Shown here one piece after another: positions 8,224-18,167 of a DNA stretch of 64,000 nucleotides (position 1 is the first letter of the stretch; each line of letters opens with the position of its first letter). A program made the position numbers and the translations under genes. Source of the stretch: an uncultured Planctomycetia bacterium. Its GTDB lineage: Bacteria; Omnitrophota; Gorgyraeia; Duberdicusellales; 4484-171. Location of the stretch: assembly GCA_964455085.1 (NCBI GenBank), contig CAYVYJ010000003.1:7364-71363 (forward strand), read 5' to 3'. The notes beneath the pieces are model-generated. The model saw only the letters and a program-made list of their open reading frames with translations. It was not told the origin of the DNA and did not search any database.

Positions 8224-10962
8224 ATGAATTATAAGGATAGTTTAAATTTACCGCGAACTACTTTTCCGATGAAGGCAAATCTGCCCCTTCTTGAGCCGAA
8301 GACTATTGCCAGATGGGACAACTTGAATATTTACCAGCGGCTGCGAGAAGAGAATAGGGGTAAGAAAAAATTTGTGCTTCATGACGGGCCGCCTTACGCT
8401 AACGGTAAAATCCATATTGGTCACGCTTTGAATAAGCTGCTTAAAGATATTGTTATAAAGTATAAAATCCTCAGCGGATACGATTGCCCTTATATTATTG
8501 GTTGGGATTGCCATGGTTTGCCGGTTGAACACCAGCTATTTAAGGAATTAGGTTTAAGCAAACACGATGTTGAAGTAGGAGCCTTTAGAAAAAAAGCCCG
8601 AAACTATGCTTTAAAGTTCGTTAAACTGCAAAGCCAAGACTTTAAGCACCTGGGAATATTTTCTGATCCTGAACCTTACCTTACCTTAGCTGCAAGCTAC
8701 GAACAAGCAGTAATGAGACTTTTAGGGGATTTAGTGGCTGATGGCTACGTTTATCGCGGTCGTAAACCGGTTAATTGGTGCCAATCTTGTGAAACAGCCT
8801 TAGCTGAGGCAGAGGTAGAATATCTGGATAAGGAGTCGGACTCGATTTATCTTCTTTTTATACTTGATGACGGTAAAAGAGTTTTTACTCACGAGGAAAT
8901 TTCCCAAATTGGCTTCTTGGTTTGGACTACCACACCTTGGACTCTAATCTCTAACGTTGCAGTGGCTGTGCATCCAAAATTAGAGTATTGTTTAGCCCAG
9001 CTTAAGGAGCAAAAGATTGTTTTCGCTAAAAATTTGCTACCCTTACTGGAAAAAAAGTTTAAAACTAAATTTAAACTATTGAAAACATTCGCCGGTAAGG
9101 ATCTTGAAGGACTAAAGCTTAAGCACCCGTTTATTAAACGAGAATCGCCGATAGTCTTGGCTGATTTCATCTCTCGAGAAGAGGGCAGCGGCTGTGTACA
9201 TATTGCCCCTGGCCACGGAGCAGAAGATTTTTCCCTAACTCATAAATACGATCTTGATATTATTATGCCCCTAGATGAGAAAGGCCGATTCCAGGAACCC
9301 GAGGAGTTTAAGGACAAAAACGTGGGAGAAGCTAATATCGCAGTAATAAAAAAACTAAAAAACAATCAGTCGTTAATTCTTCATGAGACAATAAACCATT
9401 CTTACCCGCATTGTTGGCGTTGCAAGGAACCAATAGTTTTCCGGGCTACCTTTCAATGGTTTTTGAATGTTGACCATAAGAAATTACGGGTCAAGTCGCT
9501 TAAGGAAACAGAGAAAGTTAGATGGATTCCTTCCGCCGGCAAAGAACGAATGAGAGGAATGTTAGCTACCCGACCGGATTGGTGCCTTTCCCGTCAACGA
9601 CTCTGGGGTGTACCGATTCCGGCAGTGAGATGCAATGATTGCCAGAAGGTATATTTGACTAAAGAAATTATTGATAAGGCTGCTGAAATCTTCAGCCAGA
9701 CTGGTTCTGATTCTTGGTTCAGTCTGGACTTGGATAAATTTCTTCCTGCGAAGTTTAACTGCACCTGCGGCAGTAAAAGACTCCTAAAGGAATTTGATAT
9801 CCTTGATGTTTGGTTTGAGTCCGGTGCAAGTTTCTTGGCTGTAGTAAAGAATAACCCTGAGCTTAAATTTCCGGCAGATTTATACTTAGAAGGTAGTGAT
9901 CAGCACCGAGGCTGGTTTCAGGTCTCGCTTATACCTTCGGTGGCCAAGGAAAAATGCGCACCTTTTAAAACAGTGCTAACCCATGGCTTTGTGGTTGATG
10001 CTTCAGGAAAAAAAATGTCAAAATCCCAGGGAAATGTGATTGCCCCTCAGGAGATTTCCAGGAAATACGGAGCGGAGATCTTACGTCTCTGGGCAGCTTA
10101 CGCTGATTACAGCGAAGATGTCAAAATTTCCCAAGAAATAATTAAACAGTTGGCAGATATGTATCGGAAGATGCGTAATACCATCCGGTTTATTTTGGCC
10201 AATATATCTGATTTTGAGTTAAAAAATTGCCGATTAGCTCATAACCATTTATTAGAAGTTGATAAGTTCATGCTGGCTAAAGCCTTGCGTTTTAATCAAG
10301 AAGTCATATCTTACTATGAAACCTTTAGTTTTTACAAAGTCTGCCAAAAGATTTTTAATTTTTGCAACCTTGACTTGAGCTCTTTTTATCTTGACATTTT
10401 AAAAGACAGACTATATACTTTTTCTCGATATTCAGCTGCTCGTCAGAGTGCCCAATTTGTTCTTTACCATATCTTGAATATTTTACTTAAGCTGATTGCA
10501 CCGATTTTATCCTTTACTGCCGAGGAAGCTTATCTTGCCTGGGATAAGTTAGAGGAAAGGGAAGTTTCGATTTTCCTTTCTTCCTTAAAGGTTAATTATC
10601 CAAAGACTTGGGACAGTGAAGAACTTCTTAACCGCTGGGAATCTATTCTTAGCTTACGTAACCAGGTTCTCAAGGAAATTGAAACCAAAAGAGTCAGCGG
10701 TCTGATTGGAAGTTCCCTTGAAGCATGCGTTCTTATAAAGTGTCGGGGCAAAGATTACCCTTTCTATAAGGAGTATCGTGATGCTTTTGCAGAAATCTTC
10801 ATAGTCTCTTCGGTCACAATCGAGGAAGGAGATTTTGCAATCAAGATATCTAAAGCTGGTGGTAAAAAGTGTCTACGCTGTTGGAATTGGAGCGATAGTG
10901 TGGGGAGAAGTTCAAAACATTCTAACCTATGCAGTAAGTGCCAAGAGGCTTTAAAAGCATAA
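8224..10962 (+). CDS. ileS: Isoleucine--tRNA ligase
   Basis: HIGH motif (PYANGKIHIGHALN), KMSKS motif (KMSKSQGN), C-terminal Zn-finger CLRCWNW...CSKC. Confidence 0.95.
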   Translation: MNYKDSLNLPRTTFPMKANLPLLEPKTIARWDNLNIYQRLREENRGKKKFVLHDGPPYANGKIHIGHALNKLLKDIVIKYKILSGYDCPYIIGWDCHGLPVEHQLFKELGLSKHDVEVGAFRKKARNYALKFVKLQSQDFKHLGIFSDPEPYLTLAASYEQAVMRLLGDLVADGYVYRGRKPVNWCQSCETALAEAEVEYLDKESDSIYLLFILDDGKRVFTHEEISQIGFLVWTTTPWTLISNVAVAVHPKLEYCLAQLKEQKIVFAKNLLPLLEKKFKTKFKLLKTFAGKDLEGLKLKHPFIKRESPIVLADFISREEGSGCVHIAPGHGAEDFSLTHKYDLDIIMPLDEKGRFQEPEEFKDKNVGEANIAVIKKLKNNQSLILHETINHSYPHCWRCKEPIVFRATFQWFLNVDHKKLRVKSLKETEKVRWIPSAGKERMRGMLATRPDWCLSRQRLWGVPIPAVRCNDCQKVYLTKEIIDKAAEIFSQTGSDSWFSLDLDKFLPAKFNCTCGSKRLLKEFDILDVWFESGASFLAVVKNNPELKFPADLYLEGSDQHRGWFQVSLIPSVAKEKCAPFKTVLTHGFVVDASGKKMSKSQGNVIAPQEISRKYGAEILRLWAAYADYSEDVKISQEIIKQLADMYRKMRNTIRFILANISDFELKNCRLAHNHLLEVDKFMLAKALRFNQEVISYYETFSFYKVCQKIFNFCNLDLSSFYLDILKDRLYTFSRYSAARQSAQFVLYHILNILLKLIAPILSFTAEEAYLAWDKLEEREVSIFLSSLKVNYPKTWDSEELLNRWESILSLRNQVLKEIETKRVSGLIGSSLEACVLIKCRGKDYPFYKEYRDAFAEIFIVSSVTIEEGDFAIKISKAGGKKCLRCWNWSDSVGRSSKHSNLCSKCQEALKA

Positions 10963-10983
10963 AAACTACAAGGAGGGTAGTCG

Positions 10984-11376
10984 ATGAAGCGACGATTCAC
11001 AAAGAAAGAGCTGGATTTTTATAAAGAAAAATTATTTAACTTAAAAGACGATGTTTTGAACCAAATCCGGGATATATCGCAGGATACCTTAATGAAGTCC
11101 CAGAAAGATATGTCCGGGGATATTTCCGGATACGGTATACATATAGCCGATGTAGCAACTGATAATTACGAACGAGATTTTAACCTGAGTCTTGTATCCA
11201 ATGAGCGAAAAATTGTTCTGGATATAGATCAAGCCCTGAAAAGAATAGAAGATAAGACCTATGGAATCTGTGGGATGTGTAAAAAACCGATTGCTAAGAA
11301 TCGCCTCAACGCTATGCCCCATGCCGACTATTGCCGCAAATGCCAAGAAAAGAGCGAAAAGGAAAATAAAATATAG
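10984..11376 (+). CDS. DksA/TraR-family C4 zinc-finger protein
   Basis: C-terminal CGMC...CRKC four-Cys Zn finger with coiled-coil N-terminus. Confidence 0.65.
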   Translation: MKRRFTKKELDFYKEKLFNLKDDVLNQIRDISQDTLMKSQKDMSGDISGYGIHIADVATDNYERDFNLSLVSNERKIVLDIDQALKRIEDKTYGICGMCKKPIAKNRLNAMPHADYCRKCQEKSEKENKI

Positions 11377-11379
11377 TTT

Positions 11380-11826
11380 ATGCTGATAGCCTGGATGATC
11401 GCCATGGGAGTGTTTCTGGCCGATTACTTCATTAAAGGCTATCTTCATTCGATATTTCCCTTTCAATCGATTCCGGTTATCAAAAACATCTTTCATATTA
11501 CGCTTGTGTTTAACCGCGGTGCGGCGTTTGGAATTTTACAAAAAAACAGTGTTTTTTTAATCTACATCGGTATAATCTTTATTTTAATCTTCCTTTTTCT
11601 GATAAAACATGAAAAAATAAAAAGCCGACTCTTCCTAATCGCTGCTGGCCTAATCCTTGGTGGAGCACTTTCAAACCTCGGTGATCGGTTATTCTTAGGT
11701 TATGTTGTCGACTATATCGATTTACGCATCTGGCCGGTTTTTAACCTTTCCGATTCTTGTATAACTGTTGGTGCCGGACTGCTGCTCTGGGATTCATTCC
11801 GGAGGCGCCGAAAAAATACCCAATAA
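11380..11826 (+). CDS. lspA: Lipoprotein signal peptidase (signal peptidase II)
   Basis: NRGAAFGIL and FNLSD motifs, four TM helices; classic ileS-lspA linkage. Confidence 0.85.
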   Translation: MLIAWMIAMGVFLADYFIKGYLHSIFPFQSIPVIKNIFHITLVFNRGAAFGILQKNSVFLIYIGIIFILIFLFLIKHEKIKSRLFLIAAGLILGGALSNLGDRLFLGYVVDYIDLRIWPVFNLSDSCITVGAGLLLWDSFRRRRKNTQ

Positions 11827-12723
11827 ATGAAAAATCTTTTGATTGTTAACGATGAAGCTTGCCGTCAGCGGCTGGATAAGTTCTTATCTATCCGGTTAGC
11901 CCCAATTTCTCGGACAAAAATTCACCGCTTAATCCAAGCAGGATTAGTTTTAGTGGATGGCAAAGTAAGAAAGGCCGGTTTTCAAATTGGACCTAAACAA
12001 CAAGTCAGGGTATTTATAAAAGAAGAAAAAAAAGAGTTGAAGCCATTCAATTTTCCAGTTAAGATTATCTATGAGGATGATGATATAATAGTCGTTAATA
12101 AACCTACGGGGTTAGTCGTACATCCGCCCCAGCGAAACTGTCACCAAACTCTGGTTAATGCCTTAATTTACCTGAAAAAGAAACTAGCACCAACGAATGA
12201 TTTGCGTCCGGGCGTAGTCCATCGCTTAGATAAGGAAACTAGCGGGGTAATGGTTTTAGCAAAAAATAGATCAAGTTCCGAAAACCTGATATCACAGTTT
12301 AAAGCCAGGAGCGTAGCTAAGGAGTATCGGGCAATAGTCTGGGGCAAGCTGCAAAAAGAAAAAATGCTCATTGATTTACCATTAAGCCGAGACTTAAAGA
12401 ATCGGCTTAAGATGAAGGTAGGTTTTCTCAAAGCAAAAGAAGCTCACACTGAGGTCGAACTAATCGAAAGACTGGGAGATTCAACATACTTAAGGCTTAA
12501 ACCCCTCACCGGAAGGATGCACCAGATCCGGGTACACCTTAAGTTCTTGGGATTTCCGGTTATTGGTGATAAAAAATATGGGATAAAGGATAAATACAAT
12601 GAACTGTTCCTGCATGCAAAAGAATTAAGTTTTGTCCATCCCGGAAACAAAAAACGCTTGAGATTCAACTCAGCGTTGCCAATACGGTTTACAAAATTTC
12701 TTAAGGAAGAGAGGTTACGATAA
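11827..12723 (+). CDS. rluD: 23S rRNA pseudouridine synthase, RluA/RluD family
   Basis: S4-like N-terminus; HRLDKETSGVMVLAKN catalytic motif. Confidence 0.85.
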   Translation: MKNLLIVNDEACRQRLDKFLSIRLAPISRTKIHRLIQAGLVLVDGKVRKAGFQIGPKQQVRVFIKEEKKELKPFNFPVKIIYEDDDIIVVNKPTGLVVHPPQRNCHQTLVNALIYLKKKLAPTNDLRPGVVHRLDKETSGVMVLAKNRSSSENLISQFKARSVAKEYRAIVWGKLQKEKMLIDLPLSRDLKNRLKMKVGFLKAKEAHTEVELIERLGDSTYLRLKPLTGRMHQIRVHLKFLGFPVIGDKKYGIKDKYNELFLHAKELSFVHPGNKKRLRFNSALPIRFTKFLKEERLR

Positions 12724-12731
12724 GGAGTTCG

Positions 12732-14042
12732 ATGTACCGGATAAAATATTTAAATAATTTAGTTACTGAGATTAATATACCTCCGGATAAATCAATATCA
12801 CATCGGGCGGCCATAATAGCTGCGCTTTGTAAGGAAAAAACTACAATTAAACCGTTCCTAGATAGTGCGGATACTTCGGCCACTTTGGATTGTTTAGGGA
12901 AACTAGGGGTTGCTATTGATCAAGAAGGGGATTCATTGGTCGTGGAGGGTGTAGGAATGTATTTCCCTAAAACCGAAAAGGTTGACCTTTACGCTCAGGA
13001 ATCAGGAACAACCATGCGTATACTCAGTGGTTTGTTAGTTGCTCAGAAATTTCCGATTGAATTCCATGCCGCTGAATCTTTAAACAAGCGGCCAATGGAT
13101 AGAATTATTGATCCCTTGAGAAAGATGCAGGCAAACATAAGTGGCCAAAAACAGGGCAATACCTTGCTTGATATTGAACCGATCATCTCAGCACCTTTAT
13201 CGATTTTACCCAGCGCTACCGGAATTAAAGGAAAAAAAATTGACTTAAAAATTGCCAGTGCTCAGGTAAAAACAGCAATTATCTTTGCTTCGCTTTATGC
13301 TGATTCGCAAACTATTATCCGCGAACCTTACCAATCCCGAGATCATACTGAACGCATGTTAAAACTCTTCGGCGCAAGCTTAAGGGTAGAGGAAGGGGCG
13401 ATTATTTCCGGACCAACCCCCCAGCTAACTTCTCCAAAAGATATATATATCCCTTCGGATTTTTCCTCAGCCTCTTTCTTCATTGTCCTAGGATTGATCC
13501 TAGAAAATTGCGACTTGACCTTAAAAGAAGTTAATGTAAATCCTACCCGGTGTGGATTACTGAAGGTACTAAAACGGATGGGGGCTAATATTGAAATCAT
13601 TAACCAAAAAGAGAGTTACGAACCCTATGCCGATATTAAAGTTAAAAGCTCAGCCTTAAAGGGAGCAGTGGTCGAACCCGATGAGATACCTTCAATGATC
13701 GATGAAATACCGATTCTTTGTGTTGCTGCTGCTTTTGCTAGTGGCCGAACTCTTATTCAAGGCATAAGTGAATTAAAGGTTAAAGAGACTGACAGAATTA
13801 ACGCTATTGCCAAAAACTTAAAGGCAGCCGGCATTAGAGTTGATGTTGACACCGATAGTGAAGTGATGATCGAAGGGGTATCTGAACATAAACCGACACA
13901 TTTTATGAGTTTCAATGACCATCGAACCGCAATGAGCGCAATTATTTTGGGAGCGGCAATCGGAAATAATTGTACGGTGGATGATACAAAATGTATCAAC
14001 AAGTCATTTCCTCAATTCATACCTCTATTCGAATCATTGTGA
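12732..14042 (+). CDS. aroA: 3-phosphoshikimate 1-carboxyvinyltransferase (EPSP synthase)
   Basis: [17 protein letters not shown]-terminal motif, KETDRI motif. Confidence 0.8.
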   Translation: MYRIKYLNNLVTEINIPPDKSISHRAAIIAALCKEKTTIKPFLDSADTSATLDCLGKLGVAIDQEGDSLVVEGVGMYFPKTEKVDLYAQESGTTMRILSGLLVAQKFPIEFHAAESLNKRPMDRIIDPLRKMQANISGQKQGNTLLDIEPIISAPLSILPSATGIKGKKIDLKIASAQVKTAIIFASLYADSQTIIREPYQSRDHTERMLKLFGASLRVEEGAIISGPTPQLTSPKDIYIPSDFSSASFFIVLGLILENCDLTLKEVNVNPTRCGLLKVLKRMGANIEIINQKESYEPYADIKVKSSALKGAVVEPDEIPSMIDEIPILCVAAAFASGRTLIQGISELKVKETDRINAIAKNLKAAGIRVDVDTDSEVMIEGVSEHKPTHFMSFNDHRTAMSAIILGAAIGNNCTVDDTKCINKSFPQFIPLFESL

Positions 14043-14073
14043 CTATCACTATGGCCTCAATAAGGAGACGATA

Positions 14074-14490
14074 ATGAAGAGTTATACCGAGCATCTAACC
14101 TTAAATACTAAACAAAGGATTGAATTCGTTAATCTTACCCCCCGGGTTGATAAAATCGTGGCCAAAAGCGGTGTACAAGAAGGTTTGTGTTTAGTGAATG
14201 CGATGCATATTACGGCTGCGGTCTTTATTAACGACGAGGAGAGCGGCTTAAAAGAGGATTTTAAACTGTGGCTTGAGAGGCTGGTTCCTGAAGATGTTAA
14301 TAAGTATAAACACAATCTTACTGGCGAAGACAATGCCTATGCTCATCTTCGCCGTACACTTATGGGCCGGGAAGTGGTTGTTGCAATAACCGAAGGTGCC
14401 TTGGATTTTGGTCCTTGGGAACAGATCTTCTACGCTGAATTCGATGGCCAACGACCTAAACGAATTTTAGTAAAGGTAATCGGAGAATAA
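14074..14490 (+). CDS. YjbQ/UPF0047-family protein (secondary thiamine-phosphate synthase-like)
   Basis: YjbQ-like sequence; AAGGAG RBS upstream of the ATG at 14074. Confidence 0.6.
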   Translation: MKSYTEHLTLNTKQRIEFVNLTPRVDKIVAKSGVQEGLCLVNAMHITAAVFINDEESGLKEDFKLWLERLVPEDVNKYKHNLTGEDNAYAHLRRTLMGREVVVAITEGALDFGPWEQIFYAEFDGQRPKRILVKVIGE

Positions 14491-14492
14491 TT

Positions 14493-14553
14493 CGGGACAC
14501 ATCCTAAGTAAATTTTCCTTTCCGGTTGGCCTTTTTAAATGGGATGTGTCCCG
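14493..14553. repeat. Perfect 12-bp inverted repeat (CGGGACACATCC / GGATGTGTCCCG) with a ~37-nt loop, straight after the yjbQ stop
   Basis: Read directly; no T-run follows, so it is not a canonical intrinsic terminator. Confidence 0.5.
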
Positions 14554-14565
14554 ACTAAGTTTAGG

Positions 14566-14594
14566 TTGTAATTTACCTGCCCCTATTATATAAT
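14566..14594 (+). promoter_or_regulatory. Putative sigma70 promoter of valS (TTGTAA-N17-TATAAT)
   Basis: Hexamers and spacing read directly. Confidence 0.45.
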
Positions 14595-14618
14595 TCCTTA
14601 GTACAAAAAGGCTAGAAT

Positions 14619-17285
14619 ATGGAAATTCCTTCAAGATATAATCCTAAAGAAATCGAGCCAAGGATTCTAAAACAATGGCTTGAAAATAAGGCTTTTTCTG
14701 CTAAAACCGGCTCTAGAAGTAATTACTCAATTGTTATTCCACCCCCCAATATTACCGGTATCCTTCATATGGGCCACGGTTTAAACACCACGATTCAAGA
14801 TGTTTTAATCCGCTTTCGAAGAATGCAGGGTTATCAAGCCCTCTGGATGCCAGGAACTGACCATGCCGGTATTGCCACTCAAAACGTTGTGGAAAGGGCC
14901 TTGGCCAAAAAGGGGTTACAAAAGGAGACCATCGGTCGGGATAAATTTGTTAAAAAACTGTGGGATTGGCAAGAAAGATACGGATCAACCATAATCGAAC
15001 AGCTTAAAAAATTAGGTGCCAGCTGTGATTGGCAAAGATTGCGTTTTACCTTAGATTCGGGATATAGCCAAGCTGTCAACGAAGTCTTTGTAAAGCTATA
15101 TCAAAAAGGATTAATTTACCAAGGTAATTACATTATTAACTGGTGCCCCCGCTGTAAGACTGCCTTGAGTGACGAAGAGGCAGCTCATAAAGAAATTGAC
15201 GGTTGGTTATACTATATCAAGTATCCGGTAAGGAGCAAAAAAGCTTTACCTCCCGATAAAAAATACATCGTGGTTGCTACAACCCGACCAGAAACAATGC
15301 TCGGTGATACTGCTGTGGCCATAAACCCCAAGGATAAACGGTATAGTTGGTTGAAAAACCTAAAGGTTATCCTGCCGATAGTAGCCAGAGAACTACCAGT
15401 TATAAAAGATAATGCTGTTGATCCTGAGTTTGGTACCGGTATAGTCAAAGTAACTCCGGCGCATGATCCAGCTGATTTTGCTATGGGAAAAAAATATGGC
15501 CTGGAATTTGTCAATATAATGAATGAAGATGCAACACTCAATACAAATGTTCCCAACGATTTTATTGGTCAGGATCGATTCGAAGCTCGAGAAGCTTTAT
15601 TGACGCTTCTCGAAGATAAAAAACTAATTGTAAAAAAAGAGCCTTACAGCATAAGTGCCGGGCATTGTTATCGTTGTCATACAATAATTGAACCAAGAAT
15701 ATCGCTGCAGTGGTTTGTAAAGATGAAGCCTTTAGCCAAAGTAGCAATAAAAGTTGTAGAAAAGGATAAGGTGAAATTTTACCCACCGCGGTGGAAGAAA
15801 GTATATCTTAATTGGATGTATAATATTCAGGATTGGTGCATATCCCGCCAGATTTGGTGGGGCCATCGCTTGCCTGTCTGGTACTGCCTGGATTGCCGAA
15901 AAAATGCCGATAATCAAGTCCATGCCGGTGTAATTGTTGCCAAAATAGCACCCAAAATCTGCCCCAAGTGCGGCAGCACCAACCTATCCCAAGACAAAGA
16001 TGTTTTAGATACCTGGTTTTCAAGTTGGCTTTGGCCTTTTGCGACTTTTGGCTGGCCCAGAGAAACTGAAGAACTTAAGTATTTTTATCCTACCAATTGT
16101 CTTGTTACAGCATCAGAGATTTTATTTTTCTGGGTTGCCAGAATGATTATGGCTAGTTTAGAATTCACCAAACAGATACCTTTTAACCATGTTTTAATCC
16201 ACGGTACAGTTAGAGATGAAGGCGGGGTTAAGATGTCAAAGTCTTTAGGTAATACGATTGATCCCTTAGAAATTATTGATAAGTTTGGTGCCGATGCACT
16301 AAGATTTTCCTTAATGTTGCTTGCGGCGAGTGGTTCCGATGTCTATCTGAATAAGGAAAAATTCTTGGTCGGAAGGAATTTTGCCAATAAAATCTGGAAT
16401 GCCACCCGCTTTATTCTCTTAAAAATAAAGGATAGCAACTTCACAGTATCTGACCTTGAACTTTCCAATTTAGATTTGGTTGATGGCTGGGTAATAACTG
16501 AGCTAAATATTACTATTAGCGAGACTACAGCTCATCTAAATAAATACGCTTTAAACGAAGCAACCAAAAAAATCTACGACTTCTTCTGGCATGTATACTG
16601 TGATTGGTATATAGAGATTACCAAGGATAATTTTACCCAGGATAAAGCCAAGGTGCTAATATATGTTCTTATAAACTCGGTAAAATTACTGCACCCATTA
16701 ATGCCATTCATTACTGAGGAGATTCTTTCTATAATTAAAGAGTATACCGGCCTGTCTTTGGATAAAACCATGACAAAGGCAGCCTGGCCTAAGGGAGAAA
16801 AAGTCGACACAAAAGGAATTGAGCTAGTCGAAAAACTTATTGAGACCGTACAGGCAGTACGGAATATAAAAGTTGTTCTTGGTATGGGTACACAGAAAGT
16901 TGGTTTGCAAATATGCGCAAAAGACGCCTATGTAAGGTTTTTAGAAATAAATAAATCATGGCTGGAGCGTTTAACATCCTCTAAGTTTGTTACGATTATA
17001 AATAAGAATAAAGGTGAGAATTTAGAAAGGGTTCTCTCCGATTTTTGTTTATGGGAGATAAATTTAGCGATTGAAGACTTCGACCGAGATAGCTACATAT
17101 CTTCTTTAGATAAGAAAATAACGAAGAAGGAAAATATTTTTAGCCGAACCAAGCAACGCTTGACTAACGAAGGGTTTCTCCGAAACGCACCCGAGGCGGA
17201 GAAGGAAAAAGAAAGAAGTAAGGGTGGCAGCTTAAAACTCGAAATTAAAATGCTCAAGAATTTAAGAGATGCTTTTAAAAAATAA
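14619..17285 (+). CDS. valS: Valine--tRNA ligase
   Basis: PPPNITGILHMGHG (HIGH), KMSKSLGN (KMSKS), C-terminal coiled coil. Confidence 0.95.
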   Translation: MEIPSRYNPKEIEPRILKQWLENKAFSAKTGSRSNYSIVIPPPNITGILHMGHGLNTTIQDVLIRFRRMQGYQALWMPGTDHAGIATQNVVERALAKKGLQKETIGRDKFVKKLWDWQERYGSTIIEQLKKLGASCDWQRLRFTLDSGYSQAVNEVFVKLYQKGLIYQGNYIINWCPRCKTALSDEEAAHKEIDGWLYYIKYPVRSKKALPPDKKYIVVATTRPETMLGDTAVAINPKDKRYSWLKNLKVILPIVARELPVIKDNAVDPEFGTGIVKVTPAHDPADFAMGKKYGLEFVNIMNEDATLNTNVPNDFIGQDRFEAREALLTLLEDKKLIVKKEPYSISAGHCYRCHTIIEPRISLQWFVKMKPLAKVAIKVVEKDKVKFYPPRWKKVYLNWMYNIQDWCISRQIWWGHRLPVWYCLDCRKNADNQVHAGVIVAKIAPKICPKCGSTNLSQDKDVLDTWFSSWLWPFATFGWPRETEELKYFYPTNCLVTASEILFFWVARMIMASLEFTKQIPFNHVLIHGTVRDEGGVKMSKSLGNTIDPLEIIDKFGADALRFSLMLLAASGSDVYLNKEKFLVGRNFANKIWNATRFILLKIKDSNFTVSDLELSNLDLVDGWVITELNITISETTAHLNKYALNEATKKIYDFFWHVYCDWYIEITKDNFTQDKAKVLIYVLINSVKLLHPLMPFITEEILSIIKEYTGLSLDKTMTKAAWPKGEKVDTKGIELVEKLIETVQAVRNIKVVLGMGTQKVGLQICAKDAYVRFLEINKSWLERLTSSKFVTIINKNKGENLERVLSDFCLWEINLAIEDFDRDSYISSLDKKITKKENIFSRTKQRLTNEGFLRNAPEAEKEKERSKGGSLKLEIKMLKNLRDAFKK

Positions 17286-18141
17286 ACATATTCAATCTGT
17301 AGTAAAGAGCGCCCTAGGGGAAGATGGCTGCCAAAAAGACATAACTACTGCTTTTGCTATTTCTTCGAAACTTAAAGGAAAAGGGGTAATCGTTGCCCAG
17401 GAAAAAGGCATACTCTCGGGAATAGAAGTAGCCAAGGCTGTATTTAAACAGCTTAACAAAGCAATAGTATTTAAGGCTCTAAAGAAAGATGGTCGGGCTT
17501 TCAGGAAAGGCGATAGGATTGCCGTTATTCAAGGAAGTTTGCAAACAATCCTTATTGGCGAACGAGTCGCTTTAAACTTTTTATCACTACTCTCGGGGGT
17601 TGCTACTTTAACCAAAAAGTTCGTTGAAAAAGTTAAAGGCACAGGGGTTGAAATTAAAGATACTCGCAAAACCATACCTAATTTACGGATTTTGGAAAAA
17701 TATGCTGTAGGCGTAGGCGGAGGACGTAACCATCGCTTCTCACTATCTAACGGCATTATTGTTAAAGACAATCACTTAAAGGCTGCCGGCTATATACGCC
17801 GCGGGCGTTTGAATAAAGAGCACTTCTCTAACTTAGTAGCTACTTTAAAGAAAAAAAGTTCCTTGGAGGTAGAGATTGAGGTAGAGAGCCTAGGAGAATT
17901 AAAAGAAGTGCTTAAGCATAAGCCTGACATAGTCATGCTCGATAATTTTTCGGTAAAGAATTTAAAGAGTGCGGTTTGTTTCCGTGATAAATACTATCCG
18001 AAAATCAAGCTCGAAGCATCAGGTGGAGTAAGCTTGGAGAACGTAAGAGCTGTGGCTAGTAGCGGCGTAGATCATATTTCGATAGGTATGATTACCGACT
18101 CTCCGGAAGTAATTGATTTTTCTTTAGATATCTCTGAGTAA
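17269..18141 (+). CDS. nadC: Nicotinate-nucleotide pyrophosphorylase (quinolinate phosphoribosyltransferase)
   Basis: ALGEDGCQKDITT N-terminal QPRTase signature; overlaps the valS 3' end by 17 nt. Confidence 0.8.
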   Translation: MLLKNKHIQSVVKSALGEDGCQKDITTAFAISSKLKGKGVIVAQEKGILSGIEVAKAVFKQLNKAIVFKALKKDGRAFRKGDRIAVIQGSLQTILIGERVALNFLSLLSGVATLTKKFVEKVKGTGVEIKDTRKTIPNLRILEKYAVGVGGGRNHRFSLSNGIIVKDNHLKAAGYIRRGRLNKEHFSNLVATLKKKSSLEVEIEVESLGELKEVLKHKPDIVMLDNFSVKNLKSAVCFRDKYYPKIKLEASGGVSLENVRAVASSGVDHISIGMITDSPEVIDFSLDISE

Positions 18142-18167
18142 TACTCCTTACTACCCCAAAGTAATCA

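Noticed and set aside
14491-14618. T-box leader upstream of valS (and ileS)
   Set aside because: Only 128 nt separate yjbQ from valS. Most of that is the inverted repeat plus promoter, so there is no room for a specifier or antiterminator domain. ileS starts 2 nt after the preceding gene.
17269-17285. Possible frameshift or fusion between valS and nadC
   Set aside because: The 17-nt overlap is in different frames and each has a complete, typical terminus. It is ordinary overlapping genes, not a pseudogene.
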